Origin: Salinispira sp. | Lineage (GTDB): Bacteria; Spirochaetota; Spirochaetia; DSM-27196; Salinispiraceae | DNA length: 64,000 nucleotides | Reading direction: 5' to 3' | NCBI GenBank assembly: GCA_965226555.1 | Contig: CBDDDG010000014.1 | Coordinates: forward strand, 64,001-128,000 | Part shown: piece after piece, positions 11,071-22,046 of the stretch | How positions within the stretch are numbered: position 1 is the first letter of the stretch | Layout: each line of letters opens with the position of its first letter | Notes under the pieces: model-generated | Seen by the model: only the letters and a program-made list of their open reading frames with translations | Databases searched by the model: none | What the model was told of the DNA's origin: nothing | Position numbers and translations under genes: made by a program

Positions 11071-11603
11071 AGGAAGGCGGGCAGGGCGGCGGAAGAACCA
11101 TTACGGGTTTACAGTTTGAAAACAAGGTCGATGTTCGTACCTTACTCGAAGGTATACCCAATTATCAAGTTGATTCACGCGCTGATAATGCGGGCAGCGA
11201 TATTTATTATTCCGGTAAACTCGTGGCAAGGTGTTTTAAGAAACACGATTTTTACCAATTCTTGAGTGAAAAAAGAATCGATTGGAAAAATTATCTCTCG
11301 AAAAAATTATTACCGGACGATGCTCTGCTTGTAATTGTTCGTGAGACATTGTTTATTATTGAGGTCAAATACCAACAGGTTGCCGGTTCTGTTGATGAAA
11401 AATTGCAAACCTGTGATTTTAAGCGTAAGCAATATGTCAAATTAGTTTCCTCGCTGGGGTTAAAAGTTGAATATGTCTATGTACTAAGCGAATGGTTCAA
11501 AAAGCCGGAATATAAGGATGTTTTGGATTACATTCATAGCGTAAACTGTCATTATAAATTTAATGAACTACCCTTGGCATGGCTTGGCTTGCCGACACAG
11601 TAG
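11067..11603 (+). CDS. Putative type II restriction endonuclease (PD-(D/E)XK)
   Basis: LLPDD...IIEVKYQ motif; overlaps the MTase stop (ATGA). Confidence 0.75.
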   Translation: MKEGGQGGGRTITGLQFENKVDVRTLLEGIPNYQVDSRADNAGSDIYYSGKLVARCFKKHDFYQFLSEKRIDWKNYLSKKLLPDDALLVIVRETLFIIEVKYQQVAGSVDEKLQTCDFKRKQYVKLVSSLGLKVEYVYVLSEWFKKPEYKDVLDYIHSVNCHYKFNELPLAWLGLPTQ

Positions 11604-12097
11604 CTCGCTGCATAGGTTTTCCTCCCTCAATGATCATCCTGTCTACGGGACGATGTATTACTTTACTTTCCCTGATAAAGGTATCAATAATCTCAAATAG
11701 ACGGTGTAATAACCACATCCCATTCCCGACCCGAAAAAAATTCACACATTTTGCAAAACTTTCGTTCAGGAGGATTGTATGATCGATTTCAAAGAAAAAC
11801 CCGCCCCCGTTCCCTACGACCAAGGATACCGATCCCTGCTGTTCCAACCCGCAATAATGCTCCAATTTCTGCAACGCTTTGTCGGAGGCACATGGACAAA
11901 GACATGCCCCTCCGCATGTCGGAGTACACAAATCTGCTCTACCGGAACATTCACCGCACCGGCGAAATTCCCGATGACTGCGAGGTGGTATTTCTTCCCA
12001 TTGTGTTCTATAATGGAACGCGAAAATGGAAGGTGCCCGGGAACGTCAGAGAGCAGAACACGCGGGAATTCCCGCAGTATCTTGCCCCTTTTCCTTA

Positions 12098-12224
12098 ACA
12101 AACTTTTGCCTTGGAAAATTGTGCAAGCACAATTTCCAGTAGCAAAACTTTCTATATCTTGAGAGAATCAAATATATAGATGGGAGAATCCTTATTGGAA
12201 AATTTTGCGGAGCAAAATTTTCGG
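12098..12224. mobile_element. Composite palindromic miniature element (MITE/REP-like) flanked by TA direct repeats
   Basis: Absent from the paralogous site (CCTTACGATCTT at about 21369); near-identical element at 41029-41155 and a shorter one at 40353-40452. Confidence 0.8.
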
Positions 12225-12388
12225 TATGATCTTATTAGCGAGAGCGATTATTCTGCGGAGCAGCTGCAGCAGCGGGGAAGAATGTTTGCGGCTGTTATGT
12301 ACCTTGATCTGTACTCGAAAAATCTGCTGAATACGGATTGGGACATTCAGAAAGAACAAAAGAACCGAGAGGTAAGGAGGTAGCAAAA

Positions 12389-12625
12389 ATGTTCAGAATG
12401 AATGCGGAAACATTCAAAGCGCGCATTGCGGAAATGGGTCGGCAGGAAGGACTTCAGACAGGATTGCAAACAGGTCGACAGGAAGGATTGCAGACAGGTC
12501 GTGAAGAAGGCATTCGAGAAACGGCTCGCAGTATGTTTTCCAAAGGATTTTCAGCCCATGACATTCAGGATGTTACCGGGCTGAGCGATGAGGAAATGCG
12601 GACAGTGCGGAACGGATCGCATTAA
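12389..12625 (+). CDS. Orphan RpnS-like small protein, 78 aa
   Basis: AAGGAGG then ATG; MFRMNAETF..GRQEGLQT repeats..GLSDEEMRTVRNGSH. Confidence 0.7.
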   Translation: MFRMNAETFKARIAEMGRQEGLQTGLQTGRQEGLQTGREEGIRETARSMFSKGFSAHDIQDVTGLSDEEMRTVRNGSH

Positions 12626-12662
12626 GTTGGAACCGCTCGGCCTGCGCGCAGAGCGGATAATA

Positions 12663-12848
12663 TCAATCCTGCACATGGGGGTTTTTACTGAAAACAGGAC
12701 AGTGATGCCCGGTTGTCCGCTGTACCACTCTGGATGGTAATTCCCGCGATTTAATATTGAATTGCTTACAGCCGTTTGGGAACGACTTATCCCATGTTAC
12801 ATAAAAGAAGGCGCACTTCCGGCAATTTGGAAACTTTCCCTGCTGCAT
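12663..12848 (-). CDS. Small Cys-rich conserved protein
   Basis: CRKCAFFYVTWDKSFPNGC..SRELPS..C pattern. Confidence 0.6.
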   Translation of the reverse strand: MQQGKFPNCRKCAFFYVTWDKSFPNGCKQFNIKSRELPSRVVQRTTGHHCPVFSKNPHVQD

Positions 12849-12929
12849 AGGCGATATTGTATAAAAAGTTTTGTATTTTGTGTACATTTTAGGCGTTTTG
12901 ACTTATGATGAGAATAAGGAGAATTGAAT

Positions 12930-13691
12930 ATGCACTTTTATTTATCACTTTTTCCAACTCAGGCACTTATTGCCAGTCAGCTTGACCCTCGCCATTTTGG
13001 AACATATATGGCCATAGGCAAAAAAAATGGTTCTTTTGAAAGAATTATCTTCATTGAGATAGAAGGATTCTTCGGAAATGACTTTGACTGGAACTATGCG
13101 GAGGAACACTGCATTGCGCACGATAATGGAAGCCCGAAGAACTCAGTCTGGCTATCGGTTTACCGCACGCTGGAATACACTCCCCTGAGCGCCATGAAAT
13201 CCATGTTTCTGGTTACCAAGGATGGGAGAACCATGGAAATAGTACCTGCAGAATATACGCCCCCTACCGATACAAACTACTATGTGTATAATGAACTATC
13301 TCCAATAGACCCCCTCGTGGTCAGCCGACTGGAACCCCATGAGTTTGCTTCATATATGACAAACCCCATGGTTAAGGTCTCAGTGCCGAAGGTCGTGTTC
13401 GCCGATCTCAAAACCATCAATTTTGATGATCTGGATGCAACAGGAAACATCGGAGCAACATATGACCATAATCTGGAACATTTCAGAGACTGCATAAACG
13501 CCATTCTGGATAATCCTCAAAAAATGAACAAGAATGTAGAAAGAAGTCACAGCAGCGATTTTTCATACAATATAATTAATAGAGGTATATATATCGGTGA
13601 GGGCAGGAACATTGTATATTATCCCATGCCCCGGGTAGATACCCTGCGGCAGAAGCATTATGATTGGGCGCGATCGGCCATGATTCTCTAA
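12930..13691 (+). CDS. Conserved hypothetical protein
   Basis: Long ORF co-oriented with hflX; no recognised motif. Confidence 0.75.
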   Translation: MHFYLSLFPTQALIASQLDPRHFGTYMAIGKKNGSFERIIFIEIEGFFGNDFDWNYAEEHCIAHDNGSPKNSVWLSVYRTLEYTPLSAMKSMFLVTKDGRTMEIVPAEYTPPTDTNYYVYNELSPIDPLVVSRLEPHEFASYMTNPMVKVSVPKVVFADLKTINFDDLDATGNIGATYDHNLEHFRDCINAILDNPQKMNKNVERSHSSDFSYNIINRGIYIGEGRNIVYYPMPRVDTLRQKHYDWARSAMIL

Positions 13692-13715
13692 GTATACATC
13701 GCTAACGAGGCAACA

Positions 13716-15044
13716 ATGATCGAATATGAAAAAAGTCCGGAAGAACAAGCACTTCTTGTATGCATCCGCATCCGGGAAAATAGCGATCATGAAGTGCAAA
13801 GCCATGTGGAAGAACTTGAAGGATTGTGCGCAACGCTCGGCTTTGTATGTTGTGAAGAAAAAATTGTCATACCCTTGAGAAATGTGAACCCCGGCTATTT
13901 TATTGGGAAGGGCTGGGCCGAAGAAATTGCAGCTCAGGCTGAATTCCTCGAAGCCGATTATATTGTCTTCGACGATAACCTCAGTCCGCGTCAGCAACGG
14001 AACCTGGAAAAACTCTGCGCATGTCCGGTTATTGACCGGCATCAGATTATTGTCGAAATATTTGCCCAACGCGCCCAAACCCGGGAAGCAAAACTCCAGA
14101 TTGAACTCGCGCAGCTTATTTACAGCCTGCTGAGATTACGCAGAATGTGGACCCACCTTTCCCGGCAACAAGGCGGAGCCAAGGGTACCCGGGGAGAGGG
14201 CGAAACGCAGCTCGAAAGCGATCGGAGAATTGTTGAAGCCCGCATTTCCCGGCTCAAAGCTGAACTAAAACAGCTGCGGAACCAGCGAAGCACCCTGAGA
14301 AAACAACGGGAAAGCATCCCCATTCCCACCGCTGCCATTGTCGGTTATACAAATGCGGGAAAATCCAGCCTTCACCGGGCGCTCACATCGTCGCAGGTCT
14401 TTGTGGAAGACAAACTTTTTGCCACACTGGATCCAACAACCCGCGGGCTCAAGCTGCCATCGGGTCAGAAAATTCTCATAAGCGATACCGTCGGTTTTAT
14501 CCGCAAACTTCCCCACGACCTCATTGATGCCTTCAGGTCCACTCTGGAGGAAACAGTCCTTTCCAAATTTCTCCTTCACCTTGTGGATGCGAGTTCCCCC
14601 GATTTTCATCAGCACATTACCACAACCCACTCCGTTCTCAGGGATATCGGGGCGGTCGGGAGAAATGAAATACTGATCTTTAATAAATGTGATCGGCTAT
14701 CACCCGATGCGCTGAAACACATACGCGGAGATTATCCGCAGGCTGTGTATGTATCGGTAAAAAATACATTCGGCATCAATAATCTTTTAGAGCGCCTTGA
14801 GTTGGAGCTTCGGCGGGAACTTCAGAGAGTACAAATTACTCTTCCCCATGCCTACGGTAACATTATTGCGATTGCCCACCGCGAGGGGCAGGTTATTTCC
14901 ACCGACTACCGAGATAACAATGTGGTTCTTCAGGCCTATCTTCCGAACAGAATACTCAATTCTATTCATAAAAAATATAGCGGGGCGCTGGTTGAAATTC
15001 TTTCCGAAACTTTTGCAGAGCAAAATTTTCTTTCTGAGACATAA
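13716..15044 (+). CDS. hflX: Ribosome-splitting GTPase HflX
   Basis: EAKLQIELAQL, GYTNAGKSS, LFATLDPTTR, DTVGFIRKLPH. Confidence 0.97.
   Translation: MIEYEKSPEEQALLVCIRIRENSDHEVQSHVEELEGLCATLGFVCCEEKIVIPLRNVNPGYFIGKGWAEEIAAQAEFLEADYIVFDDNLSPRQQRNLEKLCACPVIDRHQIIVEIFAQRAQTREAKLQIELAQLIYSLLRLRRMWTHLSRQQGGAKGTRGEGETQLESDRRIVEARISRLKAELKQLRNQRSTLRKQRESIPIPTAAIVGYTNAGKSSLHRALTSSQVFVEDKLFATLDPTTRGLKLPSGQKILISDTVGFIRKLPHDLIDAFRSTLEETVLSKFLLHLVDASSPDFHQHITTTHSVLRDIGAVGRNEILIFNKCDRLSPDALKHIRGDYPQAVYVSVKNTFGINNLLERLELELRRELQRVQITLPHAYGNIIAIAHREGQVISTDYRDNNVVLQAYLPNRILNSIHKKYSGALVEILSETFAEQNFLSET
15006..15030. repeat. Short AT-rich palindrome copy inside the hflX 3' end (encodes ETFAEQNF)
   Basis: GAAACTTTTGCAGAGCAAAATTTTC matches the dispersed family. 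Confidence 0.65.
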
Positions 15045-15111
15045 GCAGCGCATGGGAACGGCGCCCCTCATATGGGAATGCGAATGCGAATGGCTGAAGT
15101 GAATACCGTTC

Positions 15112-16638
15112 TTATATGGATGTGTTGAGAAGTTTCACAAAATAATGCATGCGCTTATATTCTGCAAGCATACGGGACTTAAGCGGAAATTCTGCCGTCT
15201 GAATTAACTCAGTCCAGTTCGTAATATAGTTTTTTGTGTGTTTTTGACAATCTTCTATAAAATATCTGAATGCCCGCCCGAAGATCACGGAACCCTTTGT
15301 TGTTGCCTGAATTATGGATAGGGCATTCGCATCTATTTTTTCCATTAATATTTGAAGGGCATGATGACTTGATATATCGTTAAGCACAATCCTGCCAAGC
15401 ATATCTTTAAAATTACGTCCGATATCACTGTCTTCATGTAATGAATTGTCGAATTTTTCCAGCCGATCTGAAATTTCGCTGAGTTGAAAATAGGGATCAG
15501 AAAGCTGCTGCGACATTGATCTGATAGTCCATTTTCCGCGAATGAGTATGAAATTTACTAATTCCTGAAGATCCTTATGGTAATAATGAGTAAAAAAGGC
15601 ATGTATGTAATTGAGAATCTGCGTATAGTGAAATTTACCGATCAATGTATTCACTCGTCCATTGGTCTGGCTATTATAATTATGGAGCTCTTCGGCAGGA
15701 ATGCCGTTAAAGATTTCCATGCATAATGTCTTTATTTCACTCATTTTTCTTTCACGGCGCATGTTCTCAATGCTCTGCTTGGCACGCTGTTTAATTGTAC
15801 TCAGATGTTTTTCTGCCATCCGGGTCTTGTATGTACGGAGAGACGGTGTCCAGTCAGGATTGCGATCCAGATATTGAATAATTATGGGTATGATGTTTGC
15901 ATTGGCAACCTTCCTGACCATAGCCATGAGTTGTTTCCATGCAGGCCGGTTAATTATTTCCATTCCCTTGTACGCGGATAAAACATCAAACACTTTCGTC
16001 CAGTCCGCATCAAAATCCAATATCAACAGAACTTCCAGAAAATCTTTGAGTTCGGTATTCACATAATTCCCGGAGATCGTTTTGAACAGGGGAGTATAGC
16101 TGCGGGGATTATTCAGTAACTGAAAATCAAACTTCTTCAGCAGAAAATAATAATCGAAGGCTATAAAATTTATAAACATGAGAATTTGCGAATAGGTATG
16201 ATCAATTAATTGTATTGTTTTTTTATCGAAAGAATGCATTGCCTCATAGAGTTTACTTTCAATTTCTTCAACAGAATCTTTCTGATCTATGTTTTTTTCG
16301 GCAGGATCATTTTTGGCGGTATCATTACTGCTAAACAATGCCAGTATTTTGGCATGTTCGGTATCCATGAATGATTCAATACAAATTGTCTTCAAAGCTG
16401 TGCTGCTTTTGGCGTTGGGCAAAAGACCAGCGGTCGTCATGGTTACTTTATAAATATCGAAAAAGAACTTTGCAAGCCCGGGAAGAGCAAGGTTTCCCTG
16501 AACGCGATAGAATTTGTATCGGGAGCGGTTAATTTCCCGCTCAAGAAGTTTAATAGCCCGCCTCTTTTTTCTGTCAGCACTTGATAAATTAACGATATCC
16601 ATGAACCAAGTAAAGATATTCCCGATTTTTTTCGCCAT
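15112..16638 (-). CDS. Spirochaete conserved protein (DUF5312-like)
   Basis: 508-aa helical ORF; FDYYFLLKKFD motif; family call from memory. Confidence 0.65.
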   Translation of the reverse strand: MAKKIGNIFTWFMDIVNLSSADRKKRRAIKLLEREINRSRYKFYRVQGNLALPGLAKFFFDIYKVTMTTAGLLPNAKSSTALKTICIESFMDTEHAKILALFSSNDTAKNDPAEKNIDQKDSVEEIESKLYEAMHSFDKKTIQLIDHTYSQILMFINFIAFDYYFLLKKFDFQLLNNPRSYTPLFKTISGNYVNTELKDFLEVLLILDFDADWTKVFDVLSAYKGMEIINRPAWKQLMAMVRKVANANIIPIIIQYLDRNPDWTPSLRTYKTRMAEKHLSTIKQRAKQSIENMRRERKMSEIKTLCMEIFNGIPAEELHNYNSQTNGRVNTLIGKFHYTQILNYIHAFFTHYYHKDLQELVNFILIRGKWTIRSMSQQLSDPYFQLSEISDRLEKFDNSLHEDSDIGRNFKDMLGRIVLNDISSHHALQILMEKIDANALSIIQATTKGSVIFGRAFRYFIEDCQKHTKNYITNWTELIQTAEFPLKSRMLAEYKRMHYFVKLLNTSI

Positions 16639-16791
16639 ACTATTATAATAGGATAAAACAATGTGTTTGTCAATGCCCCATGTGTCTGTTGCTGAGGATG
16701 GGGTGCTAAGGATGGGGTCAGATCACAGTAATATCCCCCATGTCCGTCGTCTCATCATTTGATATGTGTTCCTGAATGTAGTATACTCATT

Positions 16792-16845
16792 GAAACTTTT
16801 GCTGCTGGAAATTGCGCACGCACAATTTTCCAATGCAAAAGTTTC
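16792..16845. repeat. 54-bp AT-rich palindromic element
   Basis: GAAACTTTTGC-tgc-TGGAAATTG..CAATTTTCCA-at-GCAAAAGTTTC. Confidence 0.85.
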
Positions 16846-16914
16846 TACCATTGCATAGGGTATTTGAAAATGATACTATGCAAGAATCTTAAACCCTATA
16901 GTAAGGAGTTAACT

Positions 16915-18402
16915 ATGAATGTTAATTTTATGCGGATGAGGAACCTTTTTCTATTCTGCGCAATGTTTATCATATTGATTGCTGCATGTCCGATGCCGGA
17001 ACCGACCCCTGAACCCGAGCCAACCGTGCCGGGTACCATGGCTGCGCCAACCCTTAAAGCGGGGGATGAGCGACTCATTGCTACATGGACTGCGCCGAAC
17101 AATGGCGGCAGCGAAATTACCGCGTATGAGCTGCAATATCGCACAGGCAGCGGAGCATGGACAGAAATTACCGAAGGCATCGGCACAAACACAAGCCACA
17201 CCATTACCGGACTGACAAAGACCGCTGAGTACGACGTACAGGTGCGCGCCGTCAATGAAATCGGCGCTGGCGACTGGTCGGAATCTGCCGCTGAAACTCC
17301 CCCTGCTACTGTTCCTGACGCGCCGGATGCCCCAACCCTTTATGCGGGCACTGGGCGGCTTGTTGCTCTATGGACTGCGCCGGAAGATGACGGCGGCAGC
17401 CCCGTTACCGGGTACGAATTGCAGTATCGCACAGGCGGCGGAGCATGGACGGAAATTGCTCCGGCACCGGGCACGCACGACCACAGCATTGACGGCCTGA
17501 CAAACGACGCTCTCTACGAAGTACGGGCGCGCGCCATCAATGCAGTCGGCGATAGCGGCTGGTCTATGCTCGCAACGAAAACACCAACAGATTCTGCGAT
17601 ACGGACTTCTGCGGGTACGGCAGTAAATGTAAACCTTTCGGCTGCTCTTAATGAAATTATTGCCAGTGAGAAACCAGCCCTTTATGTGACGACGGGCACT
17701 CACACGGTTAATGAAATGGGAGACATTGAGGTAACCTACGTAGCTACGCCCGCAGGGATCACCCCGCCGACTTATGAGCCGCTTACCGGTACTACGATTA
17801 CGGTTACCGCAGGTACAACAGCAGGAACATATCTGGTATACGGCATTAAAACAGAAACCGATGACATACTCTTTGCCGAATATCTCTATGTTACCGTGAG
17901 TCCAACAACTAACGCTGAACTGAAAACAGCGGTAACTACGGGGATATCAACATGGGGCAATACTGCCGACCTCAACTACATTATTACCGCGGCAATAACG
18001 GATATGAGCGGTCTGTTTGGTATCGCAAACACATTCAATGGCGATATCTCACTCTGGAATGTCAGTAAGGTAACAAATATGCAGGAAATGTTCACTTTTG
18101 CAAGCGAATTCAATGGCAATATCTCCGGCTGGGATGTCAGTAGGGTAGAGAATATGAAAAAAATATTCCGTGTAGCGAGCAAATTCAATAACGATATCTC
18201 CGGCTGGAATGTCAGCTCGGTAACGAATATGAGCGAAATGTTCGAACAAGCAAGAGCATTCAATCAAGATCTTGAGGAGTGGAAGGAACATTGGTCGCTT
18301 GCTGCCGGGACGCTCAATTCCGCTGGCAAATATACCGGAAACAAAAACAATATGTTTGGGAATTCCGGCGTAACAGGTGATTTGATTCCCTCATGGTATT
18401 AG
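16915..18402 (+). CDS. FN3(x2) + DUF285/BspA-repeat(x3) surface lipoprotein, intact
   Basis: AAGGAG SD; signal ending IAAC; PEP linker; FN3 motifs; FNGDISLW repeats; PSWY end. Confidence 0.9.
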   Translation: MNVNFMRMRNLFLFCAMFIILIAACPMPEPTPEPEPTVPGTMAAPTLKAGDERLIATWTAPNNGGSEITAYELQYRTGSGAWTEITEGIGTNTSHTITGLTKTAEYDVQVRAVNEIGAGDWSESAAETPPATVPDAPDAPTLYAGTGRLVALWTAPEDDGGSPVTGYELQYRTGGGAWTEIAPAPGTHDHSIDGLTNDALYEVRARAINAVGDSGWSMLATKTPTDSAIRTSAGTAVNVNLSAALNEIIASEKPALYVTTGTHTVNEMGDIEVTYVATPAGITPPTYEPLTGTTITVTAGTTAGTYLVYGIKTETDDILFAEYLYVTVSPTTNAELKTAVTTGISTWGNTADLNYIITAAITDMSGLFGIANTFNGDISLWNVSKVTNMQEMFTFASEFNGNISGWDVSRVENMKKIFRVASKFNNDISGWNVSSVTNMSEMFEQARAFNQDLEEWKEHWSLAAGTLNSAGKYTGNKNNMFGNSGVTGDLIPSWY

Positions 18403-18754
18403 GAGTTTCATAGCCCGCAGCGGCCAGCCCTGCCCCCTACCTCAGGTGCAGAACAGGAGCGAAACAAACTGTTTTTTATGATGAAAATGCTATTGTATTT
18501 GATGACCCCGAGCATTCTCATTCAGAAGACAGATTCATCATCGTTGGTTTTTGTACTCAGGGAAAACTACTTCTTGCATGTTTCTGTGAGAGAAGTGAGG
18601 ATATCATCAGAATAATTTCTACCAATCGCTTATGAGCCTCTATTTACGATCTTGCGCGATATCCAGAAAAAAATCCCTCATAAAAAGAATAAAAAGGCAC
18701 TATGGGAAACCATACAAATCAGAATTTCGACATCCGTAACGCTGTCGGTCATAA
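18322..18754 (+). repeat. About 430-bp segment duplicated at 22117-22548
   Basis: Lipoprotein 3' end, hairpin half and BrnT relic; near-identical outside the lipoprotein tail codons. Confidence 0.9.
18459..18635 (+). pseudogene. BrnT-family toxin relic lacking its N-terminus (copy 1)
   Basis: Translates TVFYDENAIVFDDPEHSHSEDRFIIVG..KLLLACFCER..IIRIIS. Confidence 0.75.
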
Positions 18755-20478
18755 GAGCCTGTCGGACTTTACCCGGGTTGATAGTGGTATTGCGTTTGAT
18801 TGGAGAATCTGATATAGTTTTTTCATGCAACGATTTAAGTCATGTAGTCAAGATCAACAATTCCTGATGCCTCTTGATATGAGAGATTGGGTTCCCGAAG
18901 ATCATCTGGTCAATTTTATTAACGAAGCGGTAAGCACCATAGACAGTACCGTTTTTCATATCAATAGGCGGGGAAGCGGGAGCGAGCAATATCATCCGAA
19001 AATGATGCTTGCCTTGCTGATATATAGCTACACGGAAGGACGATTTAGCAGTCGCCGGATAGAACGGTCAACGTACGAGAATATCTGTGCGCTCTATCTG
19101 ACCGGCAACACGCATCCCGATCACGATACTATTTGTCGCTTTCGCCGAAAAAATACAGAAGCGATACACAAAGCGTTTATCCGTATTCTGCTGCTTGCCA
19201 AAGAGATAGGCATTCTGAAGGTCGGGACGGTCAGTATAGATGGGACACACATTAAAGCCAATGCGAGTAAATTCGAAAATGTGAGCTATGATCGGGCTGA
19301 GGAGCTGGAGAAACGGCTTGATGAGGACATTCAGAAATTGTTAGTGGAGGCAGAAGCGGCCGATACCGCAGACGATGAGGATGCGAACAGATTACCACAG
19401 GAGATTGCCCGAAGGCAGAAACTCCGCGAAAAGATGATCCATGCGCGAGCTGAAGTGGAAAGACGCGCGCGTGTCCGCGAGGAAAGAGAACAGGAGAAAG
19501 CGGAGAAAAAAGATGGAGCAAATGATACGGAAGATGTTTCCCCCGGCGGGGGAGCGAAGACAGACGCTCAGAGCGAAGGGCCTCCTGATCGGGCGATCCC
19601 GCCTGCGGACGGACAGAAAACACTTTTTGCCGATGATGATCCTGAAGACATTTCAGCGAAGGCACAGGAGATTCTGCCGAAGGGCGAGCAGGCATGCAAC
19701 AACACTGATCCTGACAGCCGTATTATGACAAAGGGATCGGGAACACAGCAGGCCTATAATGCTCAGGCGGTAGTCGATGCCGATGGCACGCAATTAATTG
19801 TCGGGACGCGTGTTTCCCAGTGTTCATCTGACCGGAATGAACTGGTAAACGATTGTCTCTCTGTTCCCCCAGATGTCGGGAAGCCCGAGCGAGCGCTTGC
19901 TGACGCGGGCTTTGTCAATGGCGATGAAGTGAAAACAGTAGAGGAAGAAATGGGGATAGATGTTCTGGTGTCTGTTCGGGCTGAAGAGACACATAATCCG
20001 CGAGAATACGACTATCGACCGGAAGAGAAAAATGCCAACACCACGCCTCCAAAAGAATCCAAGCCATGGATAAAAGATATGAACGCCAAATTTCAGAAGT
20101 CCGAGAACCGAAAACTCTATGCCCGCAGGAAGCAGACGGTGGAACCGGTATTCGGGATTATTAAGCAGTGCATGGGATTTCGACAATTTCTCCACAGAGG
20201 CCTTGCACATGTTACGAGTGAATGGGAACTTGTCGCGTTGGCTTATAATTGCAAGAGACTTCATCGACTGAAAATGACCTATGGATAATAGAAAAACTCC
20301 CCCCGTTGCGCCCGCGCATAGTTCCAACTGGCATCATCGAAGCGCGAATGGGTTCACGATGCCACCCCGCGCCTGAAGAAAACAACGCGATAACTGACGG
20401 CAATACTCATTCCCACCATCATTCCCACATCCATCGACTCACATCAAACAACATTATTTAGTTATGTACGACAGGCTC
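18755..20478 (+). mobile_element. IS1182-family insertion sequence, 1724 bp
   Basis: TIR GAGCCTGTCG.AC; ATAA TSD (18751-54 and 20479-82); empty site visible in the duplicate at 22541-22555. Confidence 0.93.
18825..20288 (+). CDS. IS1182-family DDE transposase
   Basis: YHPKMMLALLIY..FSSRRIE, PDHDTICRFR, IDGT, TDPDSR, ADAG, RKQTVEPVFG. Confidence 0.95.
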   Translation: MQRFKSCSQDQQFLMPLDMRDWVPEDHLVNFINEAVSTIDSTVFHINRRGSGSEQYHPKMMLALLIYSYTEGRFSSRRIERSTYENICALYLTGNTHPDHDTICRFRRKNTEAIHKAFIRILLLAKEIGILKVGTVSIDGTHIKANASKFENVSYDRAEELEKRLDEDIQKLLVEAEAADTADDEDANRLPQEIARRQKLREKMIHARAEVERRARVREEREQEKAEKKDGANDTEDVSPGGGAKTDAQSEGPPDRAIPPADGQKTLFADDDPEDISAKAQEILPKGEQACNNTDPDSRIMTKGSGTQQAYNAQAVVDADGTQLIVGTRVSQCSSDRNELVNDCLSVPPDVGKPERALADAGFVNGDEVKTVEEEMGIDVLVSVRAEETHNPREYDYRPEEKNANTTPPKESKPWIKDMNAKFQKSENRKLYARRKQTVEPVFGIIKQCMGFRQFLHRGLAHVTSEWELVALAYNCKRLHRLKMTYG

Positions 20479-20894
20479 ATAATGCGCCCAATGCAAAAGT
20501 TTTGTAATATCTCAAAATAATAAAAATAATTACAAAAATTTCTCATATTCACCGGTCATATTTTACCCGTCTATATAGTATGGAAAAGATTATATCGGTA
20601 TGGCACCACGCTGACCCACGCAGCTCAATTTTCGGGCTATCGCTTACGCCAGTCAGTCGGATATCGCCATAGACGCGCACCCCTTCCCGTCCACTAACCC
20701 GCATTCCCGAGCCATCCCCTCCCGTAGCCCCAAAAAAAATCACATATTTTGCAAAATTCTTTCCACATACATAGTCAAAAATGACTTTTTACCCGTCACA
20801 GATTATAGAGGAGAGAATTCACCATGGGACCATGTCGCCATGGGAGCTCCCCTATTCAGAAAGAAACGTTCAAAAAAACCTTCAGGAGGATTGT

Positions 20895-22008
20895 ATGATC
20901 GATTTCAAAGAAAAACCCGCCCCCGTTCCCTACGACCAAGGCTACCGCTCTCTGCTGTTCCAACCCGCAATAATGCTCCAATTTCTTCAACGCTTTGTCG
21001 GAGGCGCATGGACGAAAAAACTGCGAATCGAGGACATAACCATTGAAAACGGTACCTTTTTCATCGACCATGCGAAAACACGAATGGCCGACATTGTCTG
21101 CAAAATCAGAAGTCGGGATCATACGGGAGATGTTGCTATCTATGTGCTCCTTGAGCATCAGTCCGGCGTGGACAAAGACATGCCCCTCCGCATGTCGGAG
21201 TACACAAACCTTCTCTATCGGAACATTCACCGCTCCGGCACAATTCCCGATGACTGTGAATTGGTATTTCTTCCCATTGTGTTCTATAATGGCACGAGAA
21301 AATGGAAGGTGCCCGGGAATGTCAGAGAGCAGAACACGCGGGAATTCCCGCAGTATCTTGCTCCTTTTCCTTACGATCTTATTAACGAGAGCGATTATTC
21401 TGCGGAGCAGTTGCAGCAGCGGGGAAGAATGTTTGCGGCTGTTATGTACCTTGATCTGTACTCGAAAAATCTGCTGAATACGGATTGGGACATTCAGAAG
21501 GTGGAGAAAGCGATAGCAGAAATGCTGAATGAGGAATCGCTGGAGCTGATAAAGGAATTTATCGGCGTGGTAGATTCGATGTTCGGAATTGTTATAGACT
21601 TTGACACGCTAATGAACCAGTTAGAAAGAACAAAAGAACCGAGAGGTAAGGAGGTAGCGAAAATGTTCAGAATGAATGCGGAAACATTCAGAGCTCACAT
21701 TGCGGAGATGGGTCGGCAGGAAGGACTTCAGACAGGATTGCAAACAGGTCGACAGGAAGGTCGTGAAGAAGGATTGCAGGAAGGACTTCAGACAGGACTT
21801 CAGACAGGTCGGCAGGAAGGACTGCGGACAGGTCGGCAGGAAGGACTTCAGAAGGGGCTACAGGCAGGTCGCGCGGAGGGGCATATTGAGGAGCGGAGCA
21901 AAAAACGCCCGCAGTATGTTTTCCAAAGGATTTTCAGCCCATGACATTCAGGATGTTACCGGGCTGAGCGATGAGGAAATGCGCACATTGCGGAACGGGT
22001 CGCATTAA
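20895..22008 (+). CDS. Rpn family nuclease (subtype C); nuclease domain intact, +1 frameshift near 21899 alters the tail
   Basis: AGGAGG SD; YDQGYR, RMADIV, LLEHQS, DMPLRM, PIVFYNG; GRQEGLQT repeats; native tail ARSMFSKG..NGSH in the +1 frame. Confidence 0.85.
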
Positions 22009-22046
22009 GTTGGAACCGCTCGGCCTGCGCGCATAGCGGATAATAA

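Larger units (their letters stand above)
11779..12625 (+). pseudogene. Rpn nuclease pseudogene (subtype C) with two deletions and a 127-bp palindromic insertion
   Basis: Near-identical to 20895-22008 apart from 160-bp and 127-bp deletions, the insertion at 12098-12224 and fewer C-terminal repeats. Confidence 0.9.

Noticed and set aside
16759..16914. N-terminal ORF extensions such as ETFAAGNCARTIFQCKSF (also 27253-28299, 55725, 62644)
   Set aside because: Read-through of the palindromic element; real starts have SD sites downstream
20289..20478. Guide or ncRNA in the IS1182 3' region
   Set aside because: No clear structure or promoter, and the element is a DDE type with TIRs and TSD
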